64,000 nt of DNA from Lama glama (taxonomy: Eukaryota): positions 32,428,001 through 32,492,000 of the forward strand of contig CM052818.1 in assembly GCA_028534125.1 (NCBI GenBank), given 5' to 3'. Positions 1 to 13,876 of the stretch are shown here, piece after piece. Below the pieces are notes generated by a model. That model was not told the origin of the DNA and did not search any database. It saw only the letters and a list, made by a program, of their open reading frames with translations. Each line of letters begins with the position of its first letter. Within the stretch, counting starts at the first letter, position 1. A program made the position numbers and the translations under genes.

Positions 1-769
1 CTGGGCCCCTCTGGAGAATGAGTGCAGCAGCACCCAACTCTGATGGACTCAGACACGCCTCACAAACCTCCAGTCTAACACCATGTGGTGGTTGACATTA
101 AGGCAAAGCTGCAGACAAAATGCCTTCACACCATGCCTAGCAGCAGAGAGGACCCACTTCCTTTCTCTCTCCTGGCTGGCTTAAGGAAACATGTTGTTTT
201 GTCCTGTTTGTTTCAGTGAAAGTTTACGTAAGTGGGAGACAGTAAATGGTCCCAGAACTCTGGTCTCAGCACACCTTGATTAGGATCGTTTAACTCCAGG
301 ACCAGCAGAACACAAAGGCCCCTCCATCAGTGCAGGTGCATTAAGCACTTGCTATTTGGGAAGTCCGCCTTTAATTATCGTCCTTCTCCCAGGCTTGCTA
401 GTTCTGCTGGCAGAGCAACTGCATCCCCTTGGAGCCTACTCAGCTCTTTGCCTTTTGTAGCAAAGCTTCAGTGATCCTGGAAAGAGGGATATTTTTCCAG
501 TTTTTCTGGGCCCAGAGCTGGACAAAAGAGCTCAGAGGAGAAGGGCTGAAATGCTAACTCTAGATCCCAAGAGGGGTTCCTCCCTGGCTTCCCCCTCCAT
601 TGCCAAGAGGAAAAGGAACCAGAGGTGGAATTGCCTTAGCCATCACTGAGTCAAACAGGAGAGAGAGGGCCCAGGGAAGAGCTCAGCCCAGCCAGTGCCC
701 TCCACGCAGGATGTTTACATAAAAGATGAGGTCAGAGAAAGCACTGGCTTCTGGGGTGGGCTTTTGGGG

Positions 770-1265
770 GTATGGATAGATATCTTTTGCTCAGTAACAA
801 ATTACCATAAACATAGTGGCTTAAAACAACACACATTTTTTATAGTAGTTTCTGTGGGTCAGGAAACTCAGGCACGGCTCAGCTGGGTCCTCTGCTTCAT
901 AGTTTCTCATTTTCTCATATGGTTGCACAAGATGTTAGCCAGGGCTGGGTCTCATCTGAAAGCTCAGCTGAGGAGGGAGTTACTCCCAAGCTCACTGGTT
1001 GTTGACAGTTCCTGGAGAAGCCAATGATGAGAGAGAGAAAGGGAAAGAGAGACAGAGACAGAGAAATAGGGCATGTGCTAGCAGGATGGAAGTTACAGTC
1101 TTATGTAACATAATCATGAAAATAACACTCCATCACCTTTGCCACATTCCATGGTTAGAAGTGACTCACAGGTCTCGCCCACATTCAAAAGGAGGGGATT
1201 ATGCAAGGGTGTGGCTACCAGGAAGTAGAGATGATTGGCGCCCCTTGACAGCCTACCTGCAGTGG
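770..1265 (-). mobile_element. MaLR MLT1-like LTR
   Basis: GTAACAAATTACC...GTGGCTTAAAACAACAC...CATCACCTTTGCCACATTCCATGGTTAGAAG...AGGAGGGGATTAT are MLT1 motifs; boundaries approximate. Confidence 0.8.
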
Positions 1266-4200
1266 CTTTCATGTGTTGGAGATCGACCAATCTCCAGGGA
1301 GCTCTGAGAGCTCATTGTGGATTCTGAAGGACAGAATTCCTAGCAGCAACCTCAAGCCTCTCTGTTTAACGTTCCACAGACACTTAAATGTTCACAAAGT
1401 ACCCACTGAGTACCAGTCCGTAACAGGACGGAAAATGGAATACAGAGAGTCCTAGAGACTGTGGTTCTAGCCGTGCGACTTCAGGACAGTCGGACGTTCT
1501 GAGCCCCCACTTTTCCTTTGTCCATGAGGTAGAGATAATGATTACCTGCCCCAGCTCTTTCTCAGAGCAGGCCACTGTGGTGAGCAAGCGAGATCGTTTC
1601 TAACAGGCTTTGAAAGTTCTAAAAGAATATACTAATATAAAATGTTGTGTGATATTGCTATTAACATTATTAAACTGTAGAACAGAAAAGATTGGGCCAA
1701 TTCACGTGCCCCTGGTACGTTGCCTTCTATACGTTTTCAGCATATCTATCTCCTCCTTCACCTCCACCTGTGAGCTGTGTACTCTTTCATTTATACATAA
1801 GGGTGTACTCTGGGCCTATTTTTCTTAATTTTTTAAAATTTTAACCAAATTCTAGTTTTGACCTCTTAAAACTAACCGTGTTAAAAAGGGCAGAGGCAAT
1901 ATTTTGCCTGCTAGGTCATCTTGTTCAGTCAGTTCCCCCAGCCCAGGTGATCACCAGCTTGCAGGTGAAGCCCTCAGACTCCACTTGGGGGAAATATGTG
2001 ACTTGGGTGAGGGCGTAGAGGATTACCCCCGATGACCCGCTCATCAGTATAAAGTGAAAGAGGGTTTTTAGTCTTTTAAAGTTGGTCAGGATCTCAGAAA
2101 TAGCAGGGACTCCGGAACTTTCTCCAAGGACGGATTTTCAAACAAATCCCAGGTGGCTGTGTCTGGGCGGCCTGATTTGATTTTTACAGAGAATCTTGAC
2201 AGTGACTTCATAATGTGAGAGCACATTTTATTCACTTAATTATTATTTTTTATTAAGTGACTGACAGACTGAATGATCCAGTTCTGGAATTAACATTATC
2301 AAGTCAGGAAAATAAGGCACAGCTTGGGCTTGTCCAGCAACCCAACTGAAAATCAGAAAAAGTCCCCAGGCCTCAGATGAGCTCCCTGAGAGAGGACTGT
2401 CTTCCTTCTGCCAGATTTATGGCTCTGATCCCGCTAACTAGTCCGTTCAGTCTGTTGGCTGATCAGCTCCATCAGCCATGGGGCCCGAGGTGTGCCCACA
2501 CTGCTAAGGAGTAGGATGGAGTGTTTCCTTACAGACTGCAGGGCTCCCTGCATTTCAGTTACGTACATGTGGGTGTGCACACTTGAGTGTGTGCTGGTGT
2601 GTGTGCGAGTGAGCACATGAAGGTGTGTGCTGGCTCCCCAGGAGCCTACCGCTCTCTGCTGCGCAGTCATGGGTAAGAGACAGAATGCCTTTCAGCAAGC
2701 ATCCACTTCCACCACAAGAGCGCCTCTGGTCCGCTCCACCCCATAATGCTCTCGCTGTAACACAGGAGCCCCAGAGAGGCTCCCGTCCAGCCACACGCAG
2801 AGCCCCCAGAGTGCGTGAGCTCCATCTCTGACCGCGCAAGTGGGTTTGGGGGCTGATGTTTGGCCTACTCTTTTCTTTCTACTTTTTTTGGTTTTGGCTT
2901 TGTTTTCATATAACAAAGGTTTATCCTATGTGACTGGTACTGTTTTAGGTCGTGAAAACAAGGCAGTGAACAAAATTAACTAAGCCTTACTCTTGTAGAG
3001 TTTACCCACTGGAGGGAAAGACAGACAGCAGGCAGTGTACAGATGATACAGATTCAGGTAGTGATGTGTTATGAGGAAAATAAAGCAAGTTAAGGGGCAG
3101 AGATGACAGTGGCAGAGCACGCGTGCTCTTCCCAAGGGTGTTAGGAGAGAAGACCTGAGGTTTTGGCAGGTGTGCTTCAAAGCGGAGCCAGGGTGATGCT
3201 GTTTGTTACCAATGTTAAGATCCCACTTTTCACTCTTAGGCTGGTGTGGCCTGGGGAGACCTCCAAGGCCCTCCACAACATAGCTACAACTCTCATAAGC
3301 TCTAAACGCCTTGGCCATGAAGTGTGTGGAGACACAGCAGCGGGTGGTGGAGAAAGGGGAGCACACCTGCGCTGAGCAGACTGGGCCAGGGGAGTGACCC
3401 AGACACCTGAAGGCCACATACAGTGACTGAGGAAGCACTGGAAACCTGGTCCCACTCCAGGCGGGCATCGCTGTTTAAGTGAGAGCAGCAGGAGTCTCTG
3501 ATCAGTGGTGTTTTCATTGCAACTAGGTGGACATCTGGATTCTAGGAGGCTTCCTCCACAGTGAGTGTGAGCCAGCCGATGGCTGGCAGCCCAAGGAAGA
3601 GTCCAGTCCCGTAACAAAAACTTACAGATGACCGCTGATGTTAGCTCAGGGGTCGCGATGCCAAGACTCACATCTCTGTGATCTTTTTGGCCTTTTCCTC
3701 ATGCTTGTTGCCTCAGGACCACTGCATGTCTGGCCACCGTGACTGCATTACAAGTGGCAACAACGGAGAAGTGTCTCTTCCCTTTTTTCTAGTCTTACAT
3801 AATTTGTCTTCTATTGTTGATCAACAATTTGGTCCTACTTGCTCCCTGACCCCTTCCCTTTCTGCCCTTGACATTTGGGCTTCCCACCTTCTCATGTTTC
3901 CCTGTTCTCCAGTCCATCCTGGAAGGTCCGGGACCTTGACCCAGGAGTCAGGATATTTGTTCTCTCCAGCTCCTACTCACTCGGCCACTTGGGCTACCCG
4001 CACCTCCATCTGCCCATCTGCCAGAGGTGTTATAGTCTCAAGGGCCTTGTAAGGATTGCACCCTTCACGACTTAGAACCAGACAACAACTACTAAGAATA
4101 AAGCAGTGAGGGTTCTGGCCGCCCACCCTGTGGCCTCTCTCCCAGGAGCCAAGGGACCTGACAACAGGAGGCAGCAAATCCTACTACCACAAACCCTGTG

Positions 4201-5479
4201 GCCAGGCACCAGACCAAGGTTTCCTCTCCCCGGTCTGCGGACAAGAGCAGATGAGGGCAGAAATCAATGGCTCTTCAGGCCTGAGTGTGGCAGGGCTGGT
4301 ACTTGAACCACCACCACTTCCCACTTAAGCCTCCGAACCACACCCATGATGTGTAGCCCCCAGGTGGGTGAGTCCACAGTCACAATATCAAATACTTTAT
4401 TGACACAACCCTGGCCTGAAGCCAACTTGGAAGTAACCAAATTAGCCCCAAGGCCTCTCTTAACTTAATTTTTACAGCTCTGCTTTCATGATAGTGTTTT
4501 TCCTGTGACCTTTCTTCTCTCCTGTATTACTGACTTTCCCTCGAGGAGCAGGGGGTGGCTGAGAACACCACACAGCAGCCATCACAGAAGCCATTAAAAA
4601 CCCCCTCAGATTGCCAGGTGTCAGAGCAGTTTAGGGTAATTCAGTCCTGAAAGCAGCTTTTATCTCAACAGCCCAGACTTGCTGCCCTGTTGATGGGGAG
4701 CCGGTTCGCTCCTAGATTTCTCCTCATGAAGGGATATCTACCACCCAGCACAGAGGGATGGGCCTCTGGTCTTTGTTCCCCAGGAGACCACAGCGTGTAT
4801 AGGCATCCTGCCCGTCCGGAGGAACTGTGAGAGGGCCAAGGGAGACAAAGATGTACAAGTGAGGGGAGACGTGTGCATGAGCACACCTAGTACAGAAGAC
4901 AGAGCTGTAAGATCGTTGTTACCCCCTCCAAACTTCTCATCACCAAACAGGAACAAGAGAGAAGTGACAAAAAGCTACACGTGAATAAACAAAGGGTGTG
5001 TGGGTGGGTGGGTATGTGTGTGTGTGCGCGCATGTGCAAATGCAGTCTGAGCAACCAACTAGAACGACATGGAAAATTCATCAACTGAAAACTGTACTGT
5101 AAAAAGAGTGAATGTCACGGCCCCTCCTCACTTTGCCTCTGTAATCACAGGCCAATTGTATAACTTTTCTACGTGATTGCCTATCTTATGAGATAAAAGT
5201 AGCAATTCTTTCCCTTTCCCTATTTACTGACCTAACATGGTTTTAAGGAGCTAAATTAACGGAAGATGAAAGTGCAACATAAATGTACTGTAATTAAATA
5301 TATTGACATTGAAGGCCTACAGATTCCCAGCCTATTCATTCAGAATCATAGTAACATCCTTTTATCTGAGGTTAGACTTCCAGTACGTTCCACGAGCCAC
5401 CAAACATAAGTACCAAAATATAAATACATTCCAAACTGTGAAATAAGTTTTCTGCAGTTGGCTGCCCCTCAGTCTGATG

Positions 5480-7280
5480 CACAGAGAGGTGTAGGGCTTC
5501 TCTCATGCCCTCACCCAATACTGGGTACAAAATAAGACTAAGCACAGAATGTACGAAGCACTAAGAAAGCATAGCTGGTAGTAGAGAAGAAGAAAAGCAA
5601 AAAAGGAGACAAAACAAGTGCTTTAAACTGTAATCCTAGGGGAGTGTTCCTGTTGAAACTACTCATTAAAAGAGCATATCTGTGTATCTGAGAGTCCTTA
5701 ACCAGGATGAGCAGTACCAACGTACCTTACAGTAAAATTGTTGTACCTCAAGGAAAAAGAAAAAAAGAAAAAACTGTGGGCATATAAGCAAAAACAGCAA
5801 GTGATTTATTAGAGGATGAAATTTAGGTTATCATCAGGGTTTTTGACAGTAATACTTTATACCAGAAGAAAATGGAGTAGTGTATTTAATATACTCAAAG
5901 GGAAAAATATTATCAATAGTCAGGAACTCAAGGGGATGGACAGACAGATGAGATAGGCAGAGATCTGTAAACGACAAAAAAACAAAGACCTCAAAGAATA
6001 CTGCTCTCCTGGGCATCTACTTGGAAACAAACTTCAGACAACAAAAATGACTAGAGATATATCAACGTGATTCATATGAGCATTAAACATGTAATACTTA
6101 CAGATTAATTAAAGGCTAAAGAGGAAAGAGTAACATACGTAACGGCAGTATGCCCAGTCAGCATAGACAGAGTACAACTTCAAGAAAATTTAGGAAAAGA
6201 GGGGAGGGTATGACTCAAGTGACAGAGTGCATGTTTGGCATGCACCAGGTCCTGGGCTCAATCCCCAGTATCTCCTCCAAAAAATAAATAATAAACCTAA
6301 TTACCTCCCTACCCCACCCCCAAAAAAAGAAAAAAAAATTTTAGGAGAATGAAGAGCATATGTGCCAAAAAAAGTTTTTGCTAATCTCAGTTTTCATTTT
6401 GATTATGGCACAGTGCTAGTGTTGTTATCCAATACTATTGTGTGTATAATGAAAAATATAGTGGACAAGTGATTATAGAATATTCTAATTCCATTATCAC
6501 CTGTGCACTTGGGAACCAAGATTCTCAGTGTGGAAAAAGAAATACAGATGTGACATAGAAGAGGTTAAATTAAAAACCCTGTAGTCCTGAACTTGAATTG
6601 GAACTATCGATGTGAGCTCATGGGGTATTTTTGTCATATACATATGTGTCTATTTCATATTTATGTGTGTTTATACTGACATACATATGTTTAAAACATG
6701 TATTTCCTAGCTCTGTCTACTAAAGAAGCCTAGAAATAATCACCAACCCTGTAGCAATAAGTGTCTATAGCACTCAGATTGTATACTTAAAATACTTTTT
6801 TTCACTAAAAGAAACCAAAGCTTTTAAAAATGGCCAAGTCCAGGTCTGGGGAAGGAACATTTCATTATGCCAGGTAGCTAGGAAGAAAAAGAACTTGGGA
6901 AGCTACCATGGACCAAAAATATGACAATTTGAGTTTCTAAAGGATAATAATTATGATTAATTAAAACTCAAAATATGTTTAAATTCATGTATTCATAATG
7001 ATATGCAAACAACTAATTAGTCAGTTTTGGAGGATGGTGGAGAACCAGTTCATTACCTTGAAAACTGCAAATAAAGGAGTAAGAATTGAGCATTTACCCT
7101 GCCTTTTCTATATGAACTATACCACTGGGTAACCAAATAGTAGATAAGAGGAAACATCTCTTTATAAATATATTCCAACTAATAAATAAGAAAAAAAAGG
7201 ATATAATTTGAATATCATTATTTTACAACTCCCCAAAAATAAATGAACCTAGGCATTAAGCTTCCACAACTGCTAACATC
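5480..7280 (+). mobile_element. Old L1M (L1MC-like) 3' region, interrupted by a SINE
   Basis: A-rich; TTTCCTAGCTCTGTCTACTAAAGAAGCCTAGAA...GTAGCAATAAG...CACTAAAAGAAACCA resembles old L1M 3' UTRs; boundaries approximate. Confidence 0.6.
6199..6334 (+). mobile_element. tRNA-derived SINE (camelid Vic-1-like)
   Basis: GGGGAGGGTATGACTCAAGTG...GTCCTGGGCTCAATCCCCAGTATCTCC head with pol III A/B boxes, A-rich tail, imperfect TSD AAAATTTAGGAAAA / AAAATTTTAGGAGAA. Confidence 0.85.
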
Positions 7281-10211
7281 AGACAATTGAAAGCAGTGAT
7301 TAGACACTGATCTTATATCAGAAGAGGATGCTGCTCCATTGATTAAAGAGTTGAAATGCTTTAACGTCACAATAGCAACAGTATGTATATTATTTTCATT
7401 TTGCCCTAATATGGAGAACAGTTTGTTAATTTCACCATGTAGACAAAAAGGATTACTTTTTCCAATTTATAATGAAGAATGGTGTCGTATACAGTTATGG
7501 ATGGTGAATGATTATATTTACTTGGATTTTGGTCATTATTTTGTTTAATGGGATCTACAATGGCCATCAAAATGGTTCAATGTGCCACAGCTCCCACGAA
7601 GTTCAGCTCAGTCAACCGATATGGATAAAATTCAGTTCCATGGATCAAAATCAAAATAGTGTAAAAGACCCACATGAGCCATTGAGTGCTCTGCTGTGGT
7701 ACCACCACAGGCCTTCAACACGAGGCAGACCCTTATTACTGTGATTAACTGTGATAGTTGAGAGCTCCTTTTCCTTTGTATCACGCTTTATTTCTTTGCA
7801 TTCAATTGAGCAGATGCGGTGGCTTAGCAACAGTAATAAAACCAGCACAATCACCATCTAGCCTATTTTTTTTAACATTGTGCTGTATATTACTAATTGA
7901 TTTGTTTGGGGATGCTGCGATATACTTAAAATGAAACCCAGTGCTTAATGGATTTTTCTTTACTCAGCTGTCTATAACCAATCAGTATTTTGATGTTTGT
8001 GGGTTCTTTATACGATTTAGATCTGAGTGAGTATTAAACTAGGTTTCCAGTGTGTGGTATAAGTAAGAACAAGATAAAACAGTTCCTTTTTTTCTCTCTC
8101 ATAAATGAGTTTTCATACAATAGTTTTGTTGTTGTTGTTGTTTTTAAGTAAAAAAAAAAAAGAGGAAAGAGCTGGGCTTTCTCCTTCCCCTTCTCCCAAT
8201 CCAGGCCCTACTTGGGGGCCATCTCATCCTCCTATAGCTCCACAAAGCCTCAGGGATCAACGCAGGCTCTCCGCTGGGAAATATGAGGACCCTGGAACTC
8301 TCAGACTGCAGCTCAGCATCAAGCCCACCTTATTGCTCGTCTTGCTGTGACCTCATCTTCTCTTCAATAACCAAGATTTTACCTTGTTGCTTATTACGCA
8401 GTCCCTCTCCATCTCTGCTGGCTGACCTTGTAAACACTCCAGTTACTGGATTTCCCTTTTGACACTTCCTGGCTCCCCATGGTCTCTCTGGGGACCAGAG
8501 TCCTGACGATGAGCACCTGCTTTCCCTGGTTTGTGCCCATGACCCCCTAAAACCCGCACTCTGCTAGGCTAAGCTACTCTGGGATTCCTGAGACGGAGAG
8601 TCTACCCTCAAGGTTGCTCAGGACAAGACTCTCACCTGTCCCCTCATAGTGACCTGCCTACTCTTTGTTCCTAAACAACCTTGGTCAGGTCTGTTCTGGT
8701 GTTAACTGAGCCCTAGGCTCATAGATTTAAAGGAAAAAAAAAAAACAGACAACATGAGGATTTTATAGTGATTGTGGTACCTTTTCAAGTCTTGAACTTG
8801 AACTCAGAAGATCTCTGTTTAACTCCTAACTTGACTGATTATCCACTCTGTGTACAGGAGGCTGGTTCTCCTGGGAATGTTTTCACATAATGCAAATATT
8901 GTCCTCCTTCCCCCAATCTAGTATCTATTAATCTGAATCTCTAGGGCCCTGAAATCTGTATTTTTAAAGGTCTTCGGGTAGTTTGGGGACCACTGAATTC
9001 AGTGATCTTCAACACTCCATCTTGCTGTGGCATTCTGTGGTATCTGTGAGATTCCAGACAGAATGAACAAAGAGAATGAATAGGATAAAGCTTCAGCAAG
9101 ACAAGCCCACACATATAAGAAGCTGGACAGCTCTTGCATAACGGGCAATAAACTCAGAAACCCCATACCCCCAAGAAGTGGTGCTGGTGGGACACAGAAA
9201 TTAATTACAAACACCTTTGGACAGCTTTATGAGGGTCAGAGCCATCCAAGGGAGCAGGGAAGACTACCATGCCTCGAAGGCTGCTGGGAACAATAGAATT
9301 CTGGCTGGATGAATCATGGGTCTGACCTGGGATGGCAAATCCTCTAATCCCATGGAATCCACTTTAGAAAGAATTCCTGCTCTGGACATGTCCATCAGCA
9401 GTCTCTGAAAAATGAGAACAGAATTTTGTGTATGGAGATCACCTGAGACTAATATATGTCCACTGAGTTGGGAAAATACTGGTCCCTTTATTCAGAGAGA
9501 GCCCTACAGTTCCTTCTTTATGGACTGGGGAACAGAAATCTTGAAACTAGGTGTCTCTGCTTCCCTACGGTCAGGAATTGAACAAGAAATTACACATTCA
9601 TTATGCATACATTCATTACGCATCTCTAATGCCAAAGTTGTTCAAAGCACTTGCTTAGGTCATCATTTAATACAGCAAGTCTAAGTACTAAGTGTTATTA
9701 TCTCCATTTGCTCAGATTAAGAAACTGAGGCTCAGAGACGCTATATAATTTACCCCAGTTCTCACAGCTTGTCAGGGGCAAAACCCAGAATGAGAAAAGT
9801 TGGCCCATCTGGATGCAAAGCCCATGTCCCTCTTCCTACCTCATCAGATGCCCAACTTGGCCAACAAGTAGAGAAGCCCAGCATCTCTAGGAATGTCTCA
9901 GAACCTTCAGAACAATGTAAAGCTAGGCTGAAGTTAGAAGAGGGTCCTACTGAAGGATCAGTGCTCAGGTAGGGTGTCGAGCCCATGCCTTCCTTTAGCT
10001 GTCTTCCTCAGCACACTCTTGAGGGGGGAAAATATATATTTATATTTATATCTAAATTACTTAATTTTTAGGACTGAATTAACTAAATGAACCACCATGC
10101 TTCTGCCCCAGATTTACAAGGATTCCCCCCCAATCCAGGCTGCTTACTGTGGGTACAGACTGGATCTGCAGAATGGCCTTCAAAGAGCTAGAGATCATGG
10201 GGAGGAGTGTA

Positions 10212-10891
10212 TTTTTTTTTATTGAAGTACAGTTGATTTACAATGTTGTGTTAATTTCTGGTGTCCAGCATAGTGATTCAGTCATATATATATATGCATA
10301 TTCTTTTTCATTGTAGGTTATTATGGGATATTGTATATAGTTCACTGTGTTGTTTACCCATCTTTTGCATAGTAGTTTGTATCTGCTAATCTCCAACTCC
10401 TAATTTATCCCTCCCCTGCTTTCCCTTTTGGTAACTAAAAGTTTGTTTTATGTCTGTGAGTCTGTTTCTGTTCTATAAATAAGTTCATTTTTCTCATATT
10501 TTTTAAATTCCACATGTAAGTGATATCATGTGATATTTTTGTCTTTTTCTGTCTGACTTACTTCACTTAGTATGATCATCTCTAGGTCCATCCATGTTGC
10601 TACAAATAACATTATTTCATTCTTTTTTATAGCTGAGTAGTATTCCATCATATAAATATACCATATCTTCTTTATCCAGTCATCTGTCAATGGACATTTA
10701 GGTTGCTTCCATGTCTTGGCAATTGTAAATAATGCTGCTGTGAACATTGGGGTGCATGTATCTTTTTGAATTAGAGTTTTCTTTGGATATATGCTCAGGA
10801 GTGGGATTGCTGGATCATATGGTGACTCTATTTTTAGTTTTTTAAGGACTCTCCATACTGTTTTCCATAGTGGCTGCACCAAATTACATTC
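10212..10891 (-). mobile_element. 5'-truncated LINE-1 (ORF2 C-terminus, 3' UTR, polyA)
   Basis: ORF 10526-10882 [10 protein letters not shown]...PYDPAIPLL...CTPMFTAALFTIAKTWKQPKCP is L1 ORF2p; poly-T at left; TSD TGGGGAGGAGT(G/A)TATTTT at 10198 and 10892. Confidence 0.95.
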
Positions 10892-12605
10892 TGGGGAGGA
10901 GTATATTTTTTAAACTCCTTTTCTGAGCTCTTCTTTTCCTCCCTTCTCCTACCCTCACCCTCAGCACACTGAGTTTAAATTCCTAGGCATTGGTGGGGGA
11001 ATTTATATTCACAGAAAACCTGGCCACATTTCCTGTTGTCAGGAAAAGCATCAGCCTTGGTTATAGGCAGGAGTCATTGACACAGCTCACATTTTTTGAG
11101 TTGTAGACTTTACAATGACCTTTCATACCCCTTACTTCTTTTAATCCTCATGCCAATCCAGCCCCTTTCACAGACAAAGGAATATGATCAAGGTCCCACA
11201 ATCAATAAGTTTGCTCCCAAACCCAGATGTTCTTTATGATTTCAAAGCCCGTGTCCTTTCCACTTCACCCCTCTGGCACAGCCCACACCTGTGATTTGAG
11301 CGCTCAAGAGGGTAAAAGACACCTGCCGCCAAGACCGCTCTACTGAAATGCCTCCTGTAAAGAGTTAGCCCTTTGAATTAACAGGTTACCCACCCTTTAC
11401 AACACAGGTAGATCCGAAAATTAAGTCAGCCGTTCACACCAAAGATGAATGGATTCATCACCTTCTTGCCCTTGAAACGACCTTTAGAAGCCAAGTAGAA
11501 ATCAACATCTTCATCTGAAAAAAAATAAAACCAAGAAAGATATTGAGTAGTTAGTGTTGAATAGCTATATGCATTGGAACCCCAGCTAGAGCTTCGGTCT
11601 CCTAATCTCAGGGCCAGGGCAATGTCACAAAAGCCCACCACAACCAGCCCAGTTTTCAGATTATCAAGACTGCCCAGCATAATCCCAATCTGATTGCTAA
11701 TAATTAGCAACCCAGATTAACCTTTCATTTTTGCATCAAGTTAGTTCATTTTACATTTTAGTGAACAAAGCTATGTACACCCAAATTAATTTTTCTGTAA
11801 TTTTCTGTAGGTAGAAGTCGACTTAATATCTTTAAAGGGAAATAATTTCTTCAATCTTATAGTGAGACTTTTGTATTTTAAGTAAAAGTAATTTATCAAG
11901 GCCACTTTTTTTTAAGTTTTTATAGATTGTAAACATGTTAGAATTCTTGCCTGAAATCTGACAATTCCCAAAGGTCCAACGTGGCTCAGAGGTAGAAAGT
12001 TTGAAAGGAAATGGCCCAGTGGCAGTGGAGGGGTAGGGATGTGCTAAGTGTTCCTGAGGCACCCACAGAAGGTTGCCCAAGAGCACTGGGTGCTTTGGGC
12101 GAGGACAGGGTGGTGAGGGGCTTGGAAAAGGAAGGCATGCACCAAAGGCAAATGTGACCTGTTGCCCATCCCATTTTTTACAGTCTGCTGCATAGAGTCT
12201 GAAAGCTGCTTTCAGTGAGTTTCCAAACCCGACCTTTCTGGGTAGGAGGGCATGGAGCTAACTCTGTGTCCAGTTTACTCTTCTCCAAGTTAGGAGGACC
12301 CCATATGCAGCTGTCAAACCCTCGGACAGCAGGTTAGATCCAGTCACGATAGCCCAGATCGAGTACCTGCTGTTTGCCCAGCACTGTGCTGGACTCAGTG
12401 AGAATCCACGGCTGGTGCCTGTCTCACCTAGAGAGGTCTTCTCTCCCTGCTCAGAACTCCCACGGTGCAGTGCTAGCTGGACCCTCCTATGGCTTTTTTT
12501 TCCTTACTGTCCTGTCTTGTTGCATCCCTTTTGGTCTCCCTGCAGTTGGTTGTAAATTTCTTAAGGGCAGGGTCCAGGTCTGCTGCATCTGTGTCTCTGA
12601 CCTAG

Positions 12606-12998
<393 letters not shown>

Positions 12999-13555
12999 TA
13001 AAGGACAGATCTACCCTCCTGAAGAGGACTGGGGTCCTAGCTGTGGGTGCAAGCCCCACCCTGGGGTGCCCCGGCACACCAAGGCTCTGAGGCCACAGAC
13101 TCTGGCCCATAGTGGAGTGTGAGGGCTGGAGATGGGGAGATCTGGGATAATGGAATATGGCAAGAAAGGAAGACATGTCCCCTGTCCTCAAGGAGCCCGC
13201 AGACTATTTGTGGAGATAACATGCATGCATGAGCTAGCTTTGGAACATTCTTTAGCTGTATTAGTAATTATAATTATAGCAGGCTGGTCTTTGAATATTA
13301 CTTAATGCAGTTCGAATGAGGCAGTGAATGTAAAAGTGTTTGGAAAACGAACTTATGATACACATGAAAGATGATTTGTTATCCTTGAGTCTCCTTTCCT
13401 GGGCCTTCATTGTTTGCAAGAAAAGCAGCTATTCTCCAACTCCTGTCCCACGCCTAACCCCACCCCTCAGTGTTCCCCCAGAGCAAGGCCAGGCTCAGGG
13501 GAGGCCCGGCTCTGGTGGGCACTCAGCTCAACAAAGCTAATGGTAGGGCTTAGAC

Positions 13556-13876
13556 CAGTGGTTCCTGACCTTGCACAGGCATCGGAATGACAGGAAGGCC
13601 AGTTAAAACACCGATCACTGGCTCTGCTCATGGAGTGTGTGACTTTGTAGGTTTGGAGTGGGGTCCAAGATTATGAATTTCTTTTTTTATGCTAAATATT
13701 TTTACATTAATGAAGCAACTATGACAAAACATTGACATTTACTGGATGCAGGTTGAGGAGGGAGACATAAGTGGTATTCGTTGTACTCATGGTATCCATT
13801 CATTCATTCATTCATTGAGAGTATGAATTTCTAGCAAGTTCCCAGGTGACGCTGATGCAGCTGCAGAGAACCGCTG
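13556..13876. mobile_element. MER5A-like hAT DNA transposon interrupted by a retroposed insert
   Basis: CAGTGGTTC...GAACCGCTG termini, AAGTTCCCAGGTGACGCTGATGC motif, degenerate 8-bp TSD GCTTAGAC / GGTTAGAT. Confidence 0.8.

Noticed and set aside
10526..10882. 118-aa ORF as a host gene
   Set aside because: It is the C-terminus of L1 ORF2p in a 5'-truncated insertion
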